Positions 40,987 to 52,749 of a stretch of 64,000 bases of DNA are shown one piece after another (position 1 is the stretch's first letter; each line of letters starts with the position of its first letter). The translations under genes were made by a program, and so were the position numbers. The notes below the pieces were generated by a model, which did not search any database, had not been told where the DNA came from, and saw only the letters and a list, made by a program, of their open reading frames with translations. This DNA is from Trichosphaerium sp. ATCC 40318 (taxonomy: Eukaryota > Protista > Tubulinea): positions 1-64,000 of the forward strand of contig JALMLS010000411.1 in the NCBI GenBank assembly GCA_038496445.1, in the 5' to 3' direction.

Positions 40987-43082
40987 TTATTGTTTTGCTT
41001 CCTCTTCTTTGTCTTCTTTTTCGTCGACTTCCATTTTGTCTGCTTTAGGTTCTTCTGCAGGTTTTGAGGCAGGTTTCTACAAAAGTTATGTTAATTGAAA
41101 AAAAAATGAAAGTAAAAGTAAAACAGAGTCCATGTGAAGTAATACGTACCTCTTTCTTCTCCATCTCGCCTAGGCGTGTGAACAAGTTGGCGAATGTCTT
41201 CTTATCCTTTTTCTTCTGTTGATTGATTCTTTGTTGCAAGCGTTGTAAAGCACGTTTGACTTCCTTGTTATCAGGATCGAGTTTCAAAGCACTAATTGCA
41301 AAAAATTAATCACCAAAAAAACAATCAAAAAGATGATAAATGATTTGGACGTTACGTTTTGAGATCAGTTCTAGCATCATCCCATTTATCAACAGCAATG
41401 TATGTTTGACCTCTTCTGTATAGTGCCTTAATATTATTGGCATCTTGTTCTAATACCTAGCGACAGGGGTAAGAAACTGCAGTACAAACGGAGCAAAAAA
41501 AAAAAAAAAAAAAAAATGAAGCATAAAGTTCTTCGCACCTTCTTGCAATGCTCGAGGACCTTGGCGTGGTCTTTTTTACGCATGAATACGGCAGCCATAT
41601 TGTTGTTGCAAGGCACCTTAATCTTTTCTTTAGCCTCAGCCTTTTCTTCATCCTTCAAATCATTGTCGTATTGAAAGAACTTTACGGCAACTTCGTATTT
41701 CTTCAAGGCACGATCGAATTTTTTCTGTTTGAATAATTCATTACCTTGCAGACGACGTTTCATAGCAGCTTCCATTTTATCAGAAAATTCTTTCATCTCC
41801 CAAGCTTCTTTCTCCTAAAACAAAAAAAAAATCAGAAAACAGCTAACATCAAAGAGGGAAGGGCGTTAAAACACAATTTGTTGGTGCCCAAATAAAAGTT
41901 GCACGTGACATGCATAACCAAGATTTTTAAGTGAAAAAAAAAAGTATTGGCAACACGTGAAATCATCAAGTAGTTGGGTAGTGGTACATACACGTGTGAA
42001 CTCTACGAGTTCGATAGTGTAAACAAGTGTTGCATTTGCAGGAATACCAAGTGCTTCTTCGCCAGCCTCGCCATAAGCATAGCTTGGTTGAATAGTGAGA
42101 ATTGCTTTTTCTCCTTGTTTCATGCTCTCCAAACCAACTTCAACACCACGGACTACTTGCTCTAAAAAAAACGAGTAAATAAATTAAATCAATCAAAAAA
42201 TTTCATGAGATGTATGTATTTCATTTTGTTTACCATCTCCAAGAATAACCTCAAAGTTTTCTCTCTCTTCGATTACTTTATCATTGCACTCGAGTTTAAG
42301 GTTTAGTTTACACTTGGTTTCGAATTTTGGTGTTTGATAGGCTTCCTTTGATCCCTCTACAAGTGTCTTCTTCATAACACCGCCATCCTAATGATAATAT
42401 AAGCAACGAGTAGCCAAGAATGTAAAATTGTTTTCAAAAAGAAAAAAAAACCATTTGAGTCGCGTTTGGGTTAGGTGGTAGGTAGGCTTGAGGAGGTGGG
42501 TTTGTTTGAAAGAAAATAAACATACATTTGACAAATCCCGTTCGTTGGAGAAAGAGACTAATTCTACTTCAAATACGAGTGTAGCGTTTTTAGGGATTTT
42601 AGGAGGGGATCCATTTTCGCCGTAAGCGTACTCAGGCGCCAAGGTGAATTTGGCGATTTCTCCCTTCTTCATGGTGGCTACACCTTGGTCCCAGCCCTTA
42701 ATGACGCGGCCTTGGCCGATTGGAAACTCAAAGAGTGTCCCTCTATCTCTTGAAGAGTCGAATTTGGTGCCATCGAGCAGGGTACCGACGTAGTGCACTG
42801 ATTGGTTGTAAGTAGGGCGTTGTTAGATATTTGTAGCCTATCAAAACAAAAACTTTGCAAGCAGCATTGTAGGCGTTTATAAAGTTCTTGGGCGGTACAA
42901 AATATGTAGTTATTGCGCGGAAACAGAAAAAAAAATGTACCTTTGACCTCTGAGCCGTTTATTGGCCTCTCGAAACCCTCTCCCTCCTTGATAATCTCTT
43001 TTAATATTCCTCCATCATTATTGATGTCCTCAGGACCTTTGGAGTCTCCTGCTTTTGCTAAGTTATCTTGGGTATCGGCCAT
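40987..43082 (-). CDS. FKBP-type PPIase with TPR domain (FKBP4/5/ROF-like Hsp90 co-chaperone)
   Basis: [19 protein letters not shown]...VIKGWD, second FKBP domain, TPR GNELFK...KALYRRG. Confidence 0.95.
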
Positions 43083-43342
43083 TGTAAAACGAGTTGCTTT
43101 GCTAACGAATTATGAAGATGAAACTATTTTTTTCAAAATTTCTGTGTAGTCCACACCAACTTTCCACCTTTTTTTCGCCCAGATTCCTTTTATTGGTGCT
43201 ATGGCTCTTCCAAGTTCAGCGTCGCTAGTGCGTGTAAATTCATGACATCCTAGAAGTTGTGACACGTCGCTCCTATTAGCGGACTAAGGCAATATGTCAG
43301 TTTTAAGTTGTAAATAGAAGAGTGAGGAATCTAGTACGATTG

Positions 43343-44461
43343 ATGGCGTTGTATGGCTATGGCAAGAAGTATTTTACGTGGATATTCGCGTACATTGGGC
43401 TAATGTTGTTTTGCAACATTGCTGGCTATGGAGTATGCGTTTCCTGTATCTACCACACGTTTTTAATCAAAATCATTATTTCCGTTTACCCTTGACTCGT
43501 CAGACGTAAAAGGCATACTTCCTAAGGCAATATTATGGATTACTGGCGCTATGTCGTTCTATTTTCACTTCAAGGTTCCCAAAAATAATTTAAACCGTAG
43601 TTTACGCCTGTCATAGGTTGTACATAGCGACCCAGGGTATTTACCAAAAACACAAAAGCAACCTCCACAAACTACACCTGGAGTGGGTCCACAACATAAA
43701 AATTGTTACACTTGTAACGTACGTTAACAGTACGCATAGTTATTTACAACTGACTTGTCATAAACTTGATAGATTGTTCGCCCATTACGCTCAAAACATT
43801 GTCGCGTTTGTGACCGTTGCGTACAGAAATTTGATCATCATTGTATCTTTGTGAATGCTTGTATTGGACAGAAAAATTTTGCTGTATTTTTTGCATTCAT
43901 TCTTTCTACTGCAGCACATATTTACTCCGGTCTTGCTTTGGGTCTTTACTGTACGTCCCAGCACAAATATTCTGTTACTAAAAGGTTGATTAGATTTTAT
44001 GTATGAAGAGCCAGATGAAAGCGTTATCTTTTGGGGTTTTACGCGTCACGTGATACTCATTGTGTACAATAAGTTCTTTTGAGAAGTTGAAAAAAAAAAT
44101 AGTATTTTGACATTTTGTATGTAGGTGTATGACGTGGGGAGTGTATTTGACATTTGGTATTACACTAGTAACAATCATTGCGTTAATTGCTTGCGTATTC
44201 AATGTGACACTAAATGAAGTGCTAAATAGGTACGGTCTAGCGGCTCACTCAGGCGTACAAAATCAAATACGTCGTTGTACAAGTGGTATTTTATTGACAT
44301 TTTTGTTTAGTAAGAGGTATGGCTATCCAATTTGGCGTCCACGGTTCTATAATCCGTTCTACAAGGACGCCACAACGAATTTATTAATGACATTGAACTT
44401 TATCAAAGAACCTGTTCTATATGACTGGAAGTTTATACAAGATGGCTCCAGAGATGTTTAA
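43343..44461 (+). CDS. DHHC palmitoyltransferase
   Basis: [42 protein letters not shown]; start approximate. Confidence 0.9.
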
Positions 44462-44488
44462 CAAGAAAAAAAAAAGACCATATTAATC

Positions 44489-45055
44489 TTAGCGCACTCG
44501 TCCTTGTCTCTCAAGCTGTTGAAGGATGGATACGAGAAACTGTTCTATAGAGCAATTTTTGGGAGGTCCTGTTCTTTTTAAAGTGCTGTGAACTCTTCGA
44601 AAGTAAACGAAATATTCTGACGAGAAGTCCTTGTATTTTTTTCTCATTGCTACGTTCACGTGTCAAATACAATCAATCACGTGTATTTTATATAAACAAA
44701 ACAACTAACGTACCATCATACAATGCAGCAACAAATGAGGCATCTATAATACCAGTGTTAGAGGTTAAATTACAAAGGCAAGCGTACTCTCTTCAGTTGG
44801 AGGTAAAGTGGATTTCAATAGAAAAACAGCATAAAGATGCATCTGTTTTGTTGCCATTTTCCACCATCTCTTGCATGTTTTTCTCGCTCTTTTAAGGTCA
44901 TACATGATGAGGTATTTTAGAATCTCTGTAATAACGTCGTCTGGGAGAACAGGTAACGGTTTTGTCAAATCGATAAGTTCGCAACTTTTAGTCAGATCAA
45001 CATAACCTATCTTAGACGGTTTACATTCTATAATTTCGGCGTCTACATCTATCAT
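44489..45055 (-). CDS. Small F-box protein with N-terminal SIM-like motifs
   Basis: YVDLT and LIDLT precede LPDDVITEILKYL...RKTCKRWWKM. Confidence 0.7.
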
Positions 45056-45192
45056 ATCGCCAACTAATAATGTTTAGCGAATTACACATGTAAATGGTTT
45101 CCAAACCCTGTCTGTACGTCAAAGCAGGCATGTCCATCGCGTTTCAAAGGAAGATTGCGGAATGCTCGTTGGTTTAAGCGCCAAGGGCTTAA

Positions 45193-47127
45193 ATGGCTGT
45201 AAAAGTAATGCCTCAGGAGCAGCGAAAGGTTCGGTATGTCACACCGGGCACGTTGTGGTACAAAGATGGCGTACGTTTGTTCTTCAACGCGTTTTTAAAT
45301 TTATTAACCGCTAGGCGTCAAGTACCTACGTCACGAGTTCTACAACGTAAAAGATTGGACAATGTAGCAAAGAAGGCTAAAATAAAGGATCTAGGTAAAA
45401 CATTGTTTAAAAACAGCATTAATAGCGAATAGACGGGTGGTACAGTAACGGTGCCAAACTTCTGAAACATGCGGAACCTCAATTAATGTAAAACGCCTCA
45501 AACCTATCAGAATCCTAACGTACGTTTAGGAAACTCTATGGTGGTGATGCTTATCTTTGCTTTTCTTCACTTTATCCAGCACATGGCTGGCTGTCATGGA
45601 AATTTTAGTACAAAAACAAAATGCTTTTTTGGAAAGTTTTTTAACATCTTGGCAGTACCATGCCTCCACATTACTGGCATAATAAACAGAACCAACGTGT
45701 ACATATGGACCAAATTAGTGAGATTTTGGGTGTCAAGCATTTAGATGATTGGTATGGCGTTAAGAGCCAGGATATCATTGAAAACGCCGCTGCGTTATTT
45801 GGGCACGTGCCAAATAGAAAAATTTTCTGGTGTTTACTTTTTTTTCAACAGGTACTTTGGCAACTCTCTTTCCGCCTGCCTTTCCTCGGTGTACCCTCAA
45901 TACCACTGGGACCCAACGAAGTTCAAGTAGGCATTTCTTTTGGAAGAACAAGGAGTGATTGATGTTGCACTTAGGCATACACCAAACAAGTACTGGGACG
46001 ATGTTGACAATCAAAGGAAACATCTTGATGCCATTGGAAAAAAGTTGAACCTGAAGCTTATGGATGATTGGCACACAGTGCTAGTCTCTAGTGTACTTGA
46101 TAATGGTGGCACACAAATATTGTATGTCATACTTGGAGTTACTATCCATGACCTTGATTAAGGCGACGATACAATAACGTGATGGAACAATGTCTGAGGG
46201 AGCTGTATCCGGATGTTACTTGGAAAAAGTGGAAGTTCTCAATCTATGTTCAAAAAAAGTGGACTGAAGTAAGTAAGAGAAAGTATCTCTGGCAAAAGCC
46301 ATATTGGATGCAAGAAAAGAACCAGAAAGCATTCTTGATGAAACTACAAAGGAATTTAAATATAACAACGCCGGAAATGTGGTAAGCTCTAACTATCGTT
46401 TTTCTCAAAATTATTTCAAGGTTTCTTGTCTTAAAGTCCTTTAGGTACAGAGTCTCATTCGATGACCTCAAATATAGTGGTGGATCAGGTATACGTAAAT
46501 ATTGGCCAAGGGCATTACTATCTCTAAGACCAGAATTTCCTTGGCAGTGGCGAGCGTTCAGTCACTTAAACAAACAAGCTAAACAAAGGTAATAGATCAT
46601 AACATTTTAGAATTTATTTGTTAATGCAACCTCTTTAGAGCTCTCATTGTAGTCCTTTGTGACATTTTTCCAAACATGGATATCATTGAAGAATTTGCAG
46701 TGGAGATGACTGACAGCATCTCCCCTTATATCACAGTGGATGCGTATATCCCATCGCTTGATCTTGCGTTTGAATACCAAGGTACATAGACGATTCTTAG
46801 GACTTTTATAACATGTACACAGGAGAGCAACACTACACTGACGTTCTTCCATGGCATTCTTCAGGGATGCAAATTTCTAGAGACAACGTCAAAGCTGAAA
46901 AGTGCAGAAGCGCTGGTAAGTAGAAATATTTTTCCGTACTTTTATTTCAAGAGTTTAATTAAGTGTTTTACTCTTTAGGTATTTCTCTCATTCCGATACC
47001 GTTTTGGTGGAAAGGAGACCACGAATCCGTAGTAGCAACCATTCTATATTATAGACCTACCATTGGCTTGATGCCAACACATGCACAACCTCTTCTTCAA
47101 AGTATAGCTAATGAAATGGGCAAGTAA
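45193..47127 (+). CDS. Tandem ~70-aa helical-repeat protein with a C-terminal PD-(D/E)XK (Vsr/DUF559/RAP-like) nuclease domain
   Basis: Four repeats P..YW....NQR...D.I...L.....DDWY.V....GG..L..Y......L...YP...W..WKF, then VDAYIPSLDLAFEYQGEQHY...RDNVKAEKCRSAGISLIPIPFWW; start uncertain (45193 or 45236). Confidence 0.8.
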
Positions 47128-47158
47128 AAATAAGTGTTTTAGTTATTGACTCGTTCAA

Positions 47159-47546
47159 GGGCATCTCATGAAACCAAATCAAGTATCTGTTGTTGTACAG
47201 TAAAGACAAGGTAGATACAGATACAGAATGAAGTAAGCTAGCAACGCTGGCGGACTGACATGGCACGTTTTGCATGGTTAAGTAAGCATTCCCGATTGGT
47301 GTAATGGTTAACATTTTCGGTTCTCATCCGGGAGCTCGGGGTTCGATTCCCCGATCGGGAGCTAATCTTTTTGCCATTCCTGCAATTACACTGCTTTTTA
47401 TTACTTGCCATTGACGCGATACATGAGCTGCGATTGTGTTTAAATTGGATACAACGACAAAGCAGAAAATATTTATTTTCGTTGTACTACATTTATTACA
47501 ACATGTGGTACTTGCAACATATCAATAAACCTTTTCAGGTTAAACC
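47159..47546 (+). repeat. ~390-bp direct repeat, copy A, containing tRNA-Glu
   Basis: Near-identical to 52241-52632 from gggcatct to caggttaaacc. Confidence 0.95.
47290..47361 (+). tRNA. tRNA-Glu(CTC), copy 2
   Basis: Identical 72-nt cloverleaf to copy 1. Confidence 0.93.
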
Positions 47547-47905
47547 TCCTATTGTAAACATCTCCTGTTACCAGCTGGGTTCTCGCAATTCAAACGTTCC
47601 AGAGACTTGGCACAAGATTCCCAATGTTGTTAAAGTAATTTAGTAATTTGATTGCACAAACCCAAATTCAGGAAGAGTGCCTTACAACCATGATCTAGTA
47701 TTTCGTGTTCGCGTACAATAAAATGGTTGTACGTTAAAAGTTATGTTCAGTAGGAATCACTACACTATTTAAACGAAAGTGTTGACTGGTTTCCTGGGTG
47801 AAACAGTTGTTTAATAGTACATGAGAGCTGCTTCTTTAGCTCTTCTTGGATAAAAAAATTGATTACAATAAAAACACGATCGTTGTTGTAGTACTTGCGG
47901 GTTCC

Positions 47906-49038
47906 TTACATTACATAGCGGTAAGTTACTAAACAACATATTAGACAATGCACCAACAATAAAAAAAATTCATAGAGAAACATGGGTGTATTAACGTACT
48001 GTAATGGCCTGCTGTTACACTCTCTCTGATAATCTTTACAACCTATCAACAGCATTATTAGGTAAAAAACAATGAATAACATAACAATGAAGATAAGTAG
48101 GTTGAACCTAAAACTTTTTGACGCAAATGGAGTAAAACACTGTAGCCCCGAATGCGAATGAAAATTTATATAACTTAGCGAATCACTATCATACCTGACC
48201 CCGCACAAGTCCAAAATAACGTGAAACAGGATCTGTTGCAAGAACACGAGGTAACTGACCTTCTTGAATTTTACTAGTGATACAACGTTAAAAACAAAAA
48301 AACCCAAAAGATAACAACGATCAGACTTTTTCACGTACTGTTTTTGGAGCAGTTCTTTCTTCTCGTGTCTTGTCAATACAATATGTCTTGGCACAGATTC
48401 ATGTCTTGTAACATTAATAACAAGCTCTGCTTCTCGAAAATGCTCAATAAAGATCTTTGATCGTCTCATTTTGACAATGTGCTAATTGGTCGATGACACA
48501 TGTCAGTTTCTCAATTTTTACAAAAAACAAATTTGTTTACCTGCTTTACACTTGGCGTGAGAGGTCCTGCGCTTATCATTATGCACCTTTTCAAGCCTTT
48601 TTCGCGTATAATCTCGTAACACTATTTTTACAATGTTAACTACAGTAAATTGGTTGCATTGAGCGAGTGTAGGTCACCTCTTTCATTTTATCAGCGCCAA
48701 CTTTGACAGTGTCAATATAAAATATCATAATGCCCATATCTGGTTCAGGATGCGTGTATGTTGTTGGTAGAGCTCCACGACTAAGTTTTACGGTTAAAAA
48801 TTACTATAATTACTTTATAATGGTTAAATAAGCTTACAGTATATCGTTACCGCCGTATTGTTGCATAAATCGTTCTAAACGGATTCTTTTCTCGTCTTCT
48901 GGAACTATATAGCCTCTTTGCTCATTAGCGGTACAAGACTACAATATATACGCTAAATTACCTGTCCAATAGCATTTCTACAACGGTTTTGTATATTTTG
49001 TACAAATGAACCCCTAGACCCTCGTATATATTGGCCAT
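47906..49038 (-). CDS. RPB5: RNA polymerase I/II/III shared subunit RPB5
   Basis: [62 protein letters not shown]...TYRYV. Confidence 0.93.
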
Positions 49039-49166
49039 TGCGACGGTGGTTTAATTGAAATGGTCTTTGATAAACTAGACAGTCTGCGAGAGTCTTTGCG
49101 CCAAGAAATTTCTCAAAAATTAAAAGACCCCGTTTACTGGTACCAGCACTACCATGGATTAAAGCC

Positions 49167-50951
49167 ATGAGTCATTCAGTCGCGATTAATCCAGAGGAGC
49201 TTCAAAATAGTAACGAAAACAAAAAAGCTGTTAAAGAAGCTCTACAACGTTCAACGTACATCGTACTTGATGTTCGAACACTTACATTTGGAAAAGTACG
49301 TTAACTAACAACAAACATCGCCGTTTAAAAATGTAATTTCAAAACAAGATTTGTGAGCTTGTTAAAGGTATTTCCAGCAAGCCTTTGAGTACATACTGCC
49401 CTATCAACAACATACAAGACAATACAAGCCTTACTTCAACGATATCAGAGCTATGTGCTCTAAACAAGGCGTTCTTCGATAGACACACATCACAGATATT
49501 ACAAGAGGTTCCTAGCGCCACTATGGTGCATGGCAACTGTGTTGGCTTCCAAAGAGATGCTGAGACTCGCTCTGCACTTGAAGTATGCACCAACCATCCA
49601 CGATGAATACACTTATTTAGCTTCTAGGTAAGGCTGAATGCAAAAGGTAGGATTGAAGGTGCTCCGAACGGCGTATATGAGAAAATTGTAAGAAAGCTTT
49701 GTACTCTATTCCAGCTAAGTGTTTTTGAGGTTCTAAGTTACCTTGTTATGATGAAACTCCTTGGCATGTTCATGATATCAGTAATCACTTCGTGTGATGA
49801 TACTGTGTCTATATATAACGCCCTCGAGGCGTATCCTATGGAAGAAGGCCATCTAGACGGTACTCTTGTGAGTAAAAACTTGCTACCTCTTTTTTGCCAA
49901 AGCCTATCATTTTTTTAATTAAAACCTTATTCAAAACGAAAGGTTAGATCATGTGCCTACGACAAAGACCCTTATAACTACGTGGATCCAAGCAAGCGAA
50001 AATCACGTTGTTCACCGCATATAGGTGAGTGCGCTACGTCGTTTTTACCAAACTTATGATTTGGTATTAGACTATGGGTTCATAACCTTAGATCCGATCA
50101 GTGATGAGCCAGGGCTTGAAATTTTCAATAGAGAGACAAATGAGTGGGATGACATTGAAAATAAATTCAGCTGCGATGGGTATGTATCGCTAATTGTAGG
50201 CCATAAACTTGCTTACGCCTCAGGATTCTACTTCACACCTACTATACACACAGTTGTACGTTTGCACTTTCGTAGCTACAGAAACAGAAAACCATCTTAG
50301 TATACATAGCTTGAGCCTGTCAATCCAAGGATTTCTTTACCTTGTCTTATAAGAGAAAACAAAAGACTTTTGGACACTAATAATGGTACGAGAAAATAAC
50401 AAGAATTGTTTGAAAGTAATGTGCTTTTAACCTTATGTTTTGTTCATTTATAGCCAAAAGTATAGACTATAAAAAACTTCATGACTATATTTATAAGTTC
50501 AATGAATGTCTGTCAAATAAGAAAATATATCGATGGTACTTCACTTGGCTCACGTTGCTGCAAGAATCAAGAGAAACAAACGATGATAAAGCGTTTGGCA
50601 AGTGCAACCAGTTTCACTCTAGTTAGCTGATTAAATATCTATGGTTTAGGTGTTTTCATGGATACAACCTCCTCTGAGAATCCAGTAGTATTTGCTGTTT
50701 ATTCAATAGAAAAACTCCCGTCGAAGCTGATAGGTTTAAACGGCTTTTCGATGTCACAGTGTAATTTTTTTTTTCAACAAGTTTAGAAGTTGTTGATGTT
50801 TTTAGGTGATAACCACAAGCATGGCGTTCGGCGTACATACAAGAAAGAAGATATTAGTCTCGTTATTGTACATGTAACTCTCGAAGAATGGATGAAGATG
50901 GCCCACGATGCATTCATCGTGTTATTAAACTACACTCTTTTCTTATCATAA
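49167..50951 (+). CDS. 2OG-Fe(II) oxygenase (IPNS/DIOX-like) with a C-terminal extension
   Basis: RCSPHIDYGFITL...PGLEI...IVGHKL...PTIHTV...RIS (HxD...H...RxS); 3' exons approximate. Confidence 0.8.
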
Positions 50952-51042
50952 AAAAATCCAAATGTAACAACCTCAAAGTAAAGTTTGGTTTTTCTCAAAG
51001 CTATTTATTTCAAAAAACATGGGTCACGTGGTTTTTTTAAAT

Positions 51043-51966
51043 TTACTTTAGATCTTCGAAGCTAATGGTCATCTTTTCTTCAATTTCATCAACGTTTGAT
51101 ACCATCTAGGTGTTGATTAGCGCAAAAATAGGTAAAAATACAGCGAGGTTAAAAACAGAAAAAATCAAGTTCTCGAGGAGCCGTACACTTTTAAATTCGT
51201 CAAAAGATATTTTGCCGTTTCCAGTCTTATCTCCTTCAATGATTGTCTTGTCTACAATTTGCTGCAACTGTACATCTGTCAAGTTGGAACCAACCATCAT
51301 TTTTAACACTTGGAACAATTCACCGTTTGAAATAAAGCCATCTGCGTCAATATCGTAGACTTTGAAAGCGACTGAAGGCAAAGGTTTAGATTTTTGTAAA
51401 AAAACTCAAAAAGAAAATAAAGGCAATAACCGCTCGCGGAATTAGCCCTGGTTATGGCGTAAATAGAGTGTCTCGGTGTACGTACATCGTAATTTGGCGT
51501 CAGAGTTTCCTTTGTCGCTGAAAATGGAGAGCGTTTCAATAAACTCTGTAAATTCGATTTGATTGTCGTTGTTTTTGTCAAATATAGAGATTACACGTTC
51601 AAGGAGAGGATTTACTAGTTTTGAAAAGAGTTATTACACTTTAAGTGAGTATATTGGGTAGTAGGGGCGTACCTGCTAGCTCGGGCACTTCCATAAATTC
51701 GTTCAACGTCAGTGTGCCAGAACCGTCTTTATCTAGTTTTGTAAAACGTCTGTGTAGCCTCTGGAGCTCACGATCGCTGACTGAAGGGAGTTACAAAGAA
51801 TTCAAGGAGCTAAAACGATAATTTTGTTTTGTAGTTAATTAAAGATACGCTCAAGCGTGCGAACAGTTGGTATAATCAAAAATAAAGGAGGTAGCGAGTA
51901 CTTACAATTAGACATTTCGCGCATGGCTTGGACTTCCTCTGGAGACAACGAACTAATATTTCCCAT
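51043..51966 (-). CDS. CNB1: Calcineurin B regulatory subunit
   Basis: MG myristoylation start, [66 protein letters not shown]. Confidence 0.96.
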
Positions 51967-52240
51967 GTTGTGTACAGCAGTTTTTATTTAACGACGCCTT
52001 AAATAAAAACCACAGCCACCACTTAATATGGCCATCAATACAGTTGCCGCCTAACTAGCAAACCGCTTGATTTGTTCTATGAGGCATGTGAAGTACGTAA
52101 ACGTAATTGTATACAACCCTAGGCGCAAGAAGCTTCCTCCCTAAGTGAAAGTGGTGCGCTTTTACCTGTACAACGCAATTTAGAAGGCAGGATAGCGAAT
52201 TGTGAAGTGTTTTAGCAGTTTTAATTATTTACCGTTTAAA

Positions 52241-52632
52241 GGGCATCTAATGAAACCAAATCAAGTATCTGTTGTTGTACAGTAAAGACAAGGTAGATAC
52301 AGATACAGAATGAAGTAAGCTAGCAACGCTGGCGGACTGAGATGGCACGTTTTTCATGGTTAAGTAAGCATTCCCGATTGGTGTAATGGTTAACATTTTC
52401 GGTTCTCATCCGGGAGCTCGGGGTTCGATTCCCCGATCGGGAGCTAATCTTTTTGCCATTCCTGCAATTACACTGCTTTTTATTACTTGCCATTGACACA
52501 ATACATGAGCCACGATTGTGTTTAAATTGGATACAACGACAATGCAGGAAATAAATATTTATTTTCGTTATACTACAGTTATTACAACATGTGGTACTTG
52601 CAACATATCAATAAACCTTTTCAGGTTAAACC
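52241..52632 (+). repeat. ~390-bp direct repeat, copy B, containing tRNA-Glu
   Basis: Near-identical to 47159-47546. Confidence 0.95.
52372..52443 (+). tRNA. tRNA-Glu(CTC), copy 3
   Basis: Identical 72-nt cloverleaf to copies 1 and 2. Confidence 0.93.
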
Positions 52633-52749
52633 ATGCGTTAGCAAGGTGTTCTTGCAACAATCAAACTGTTACTCCAGAGCCATGTGGAACCAGCGAAACA
52701 AGATACTCAACATTTTAAGTTATGTTTTATAATAATACATTTTTACATT

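Noticed and set aside
41816-41990. TGATGA...CTGA in an FKBP intron as a snoRNA
   Set aside because: Spacing too long, interrupted by poly-T, no terminal stem; the CTGA sits at the branch-point position
47242-47254. AACGCTGGCGG resembling the 5' region of bacterial 16S rRNA
   Set aside because: Only 11 nt with no flanking rRNA similarity; chance match
47290-47546. tRNA-derived SINE
   Set aside because: Intact cloverleaf with an immediate TTTTT terminator, shared upstream flank, no poly(A) tail or target-site duplication
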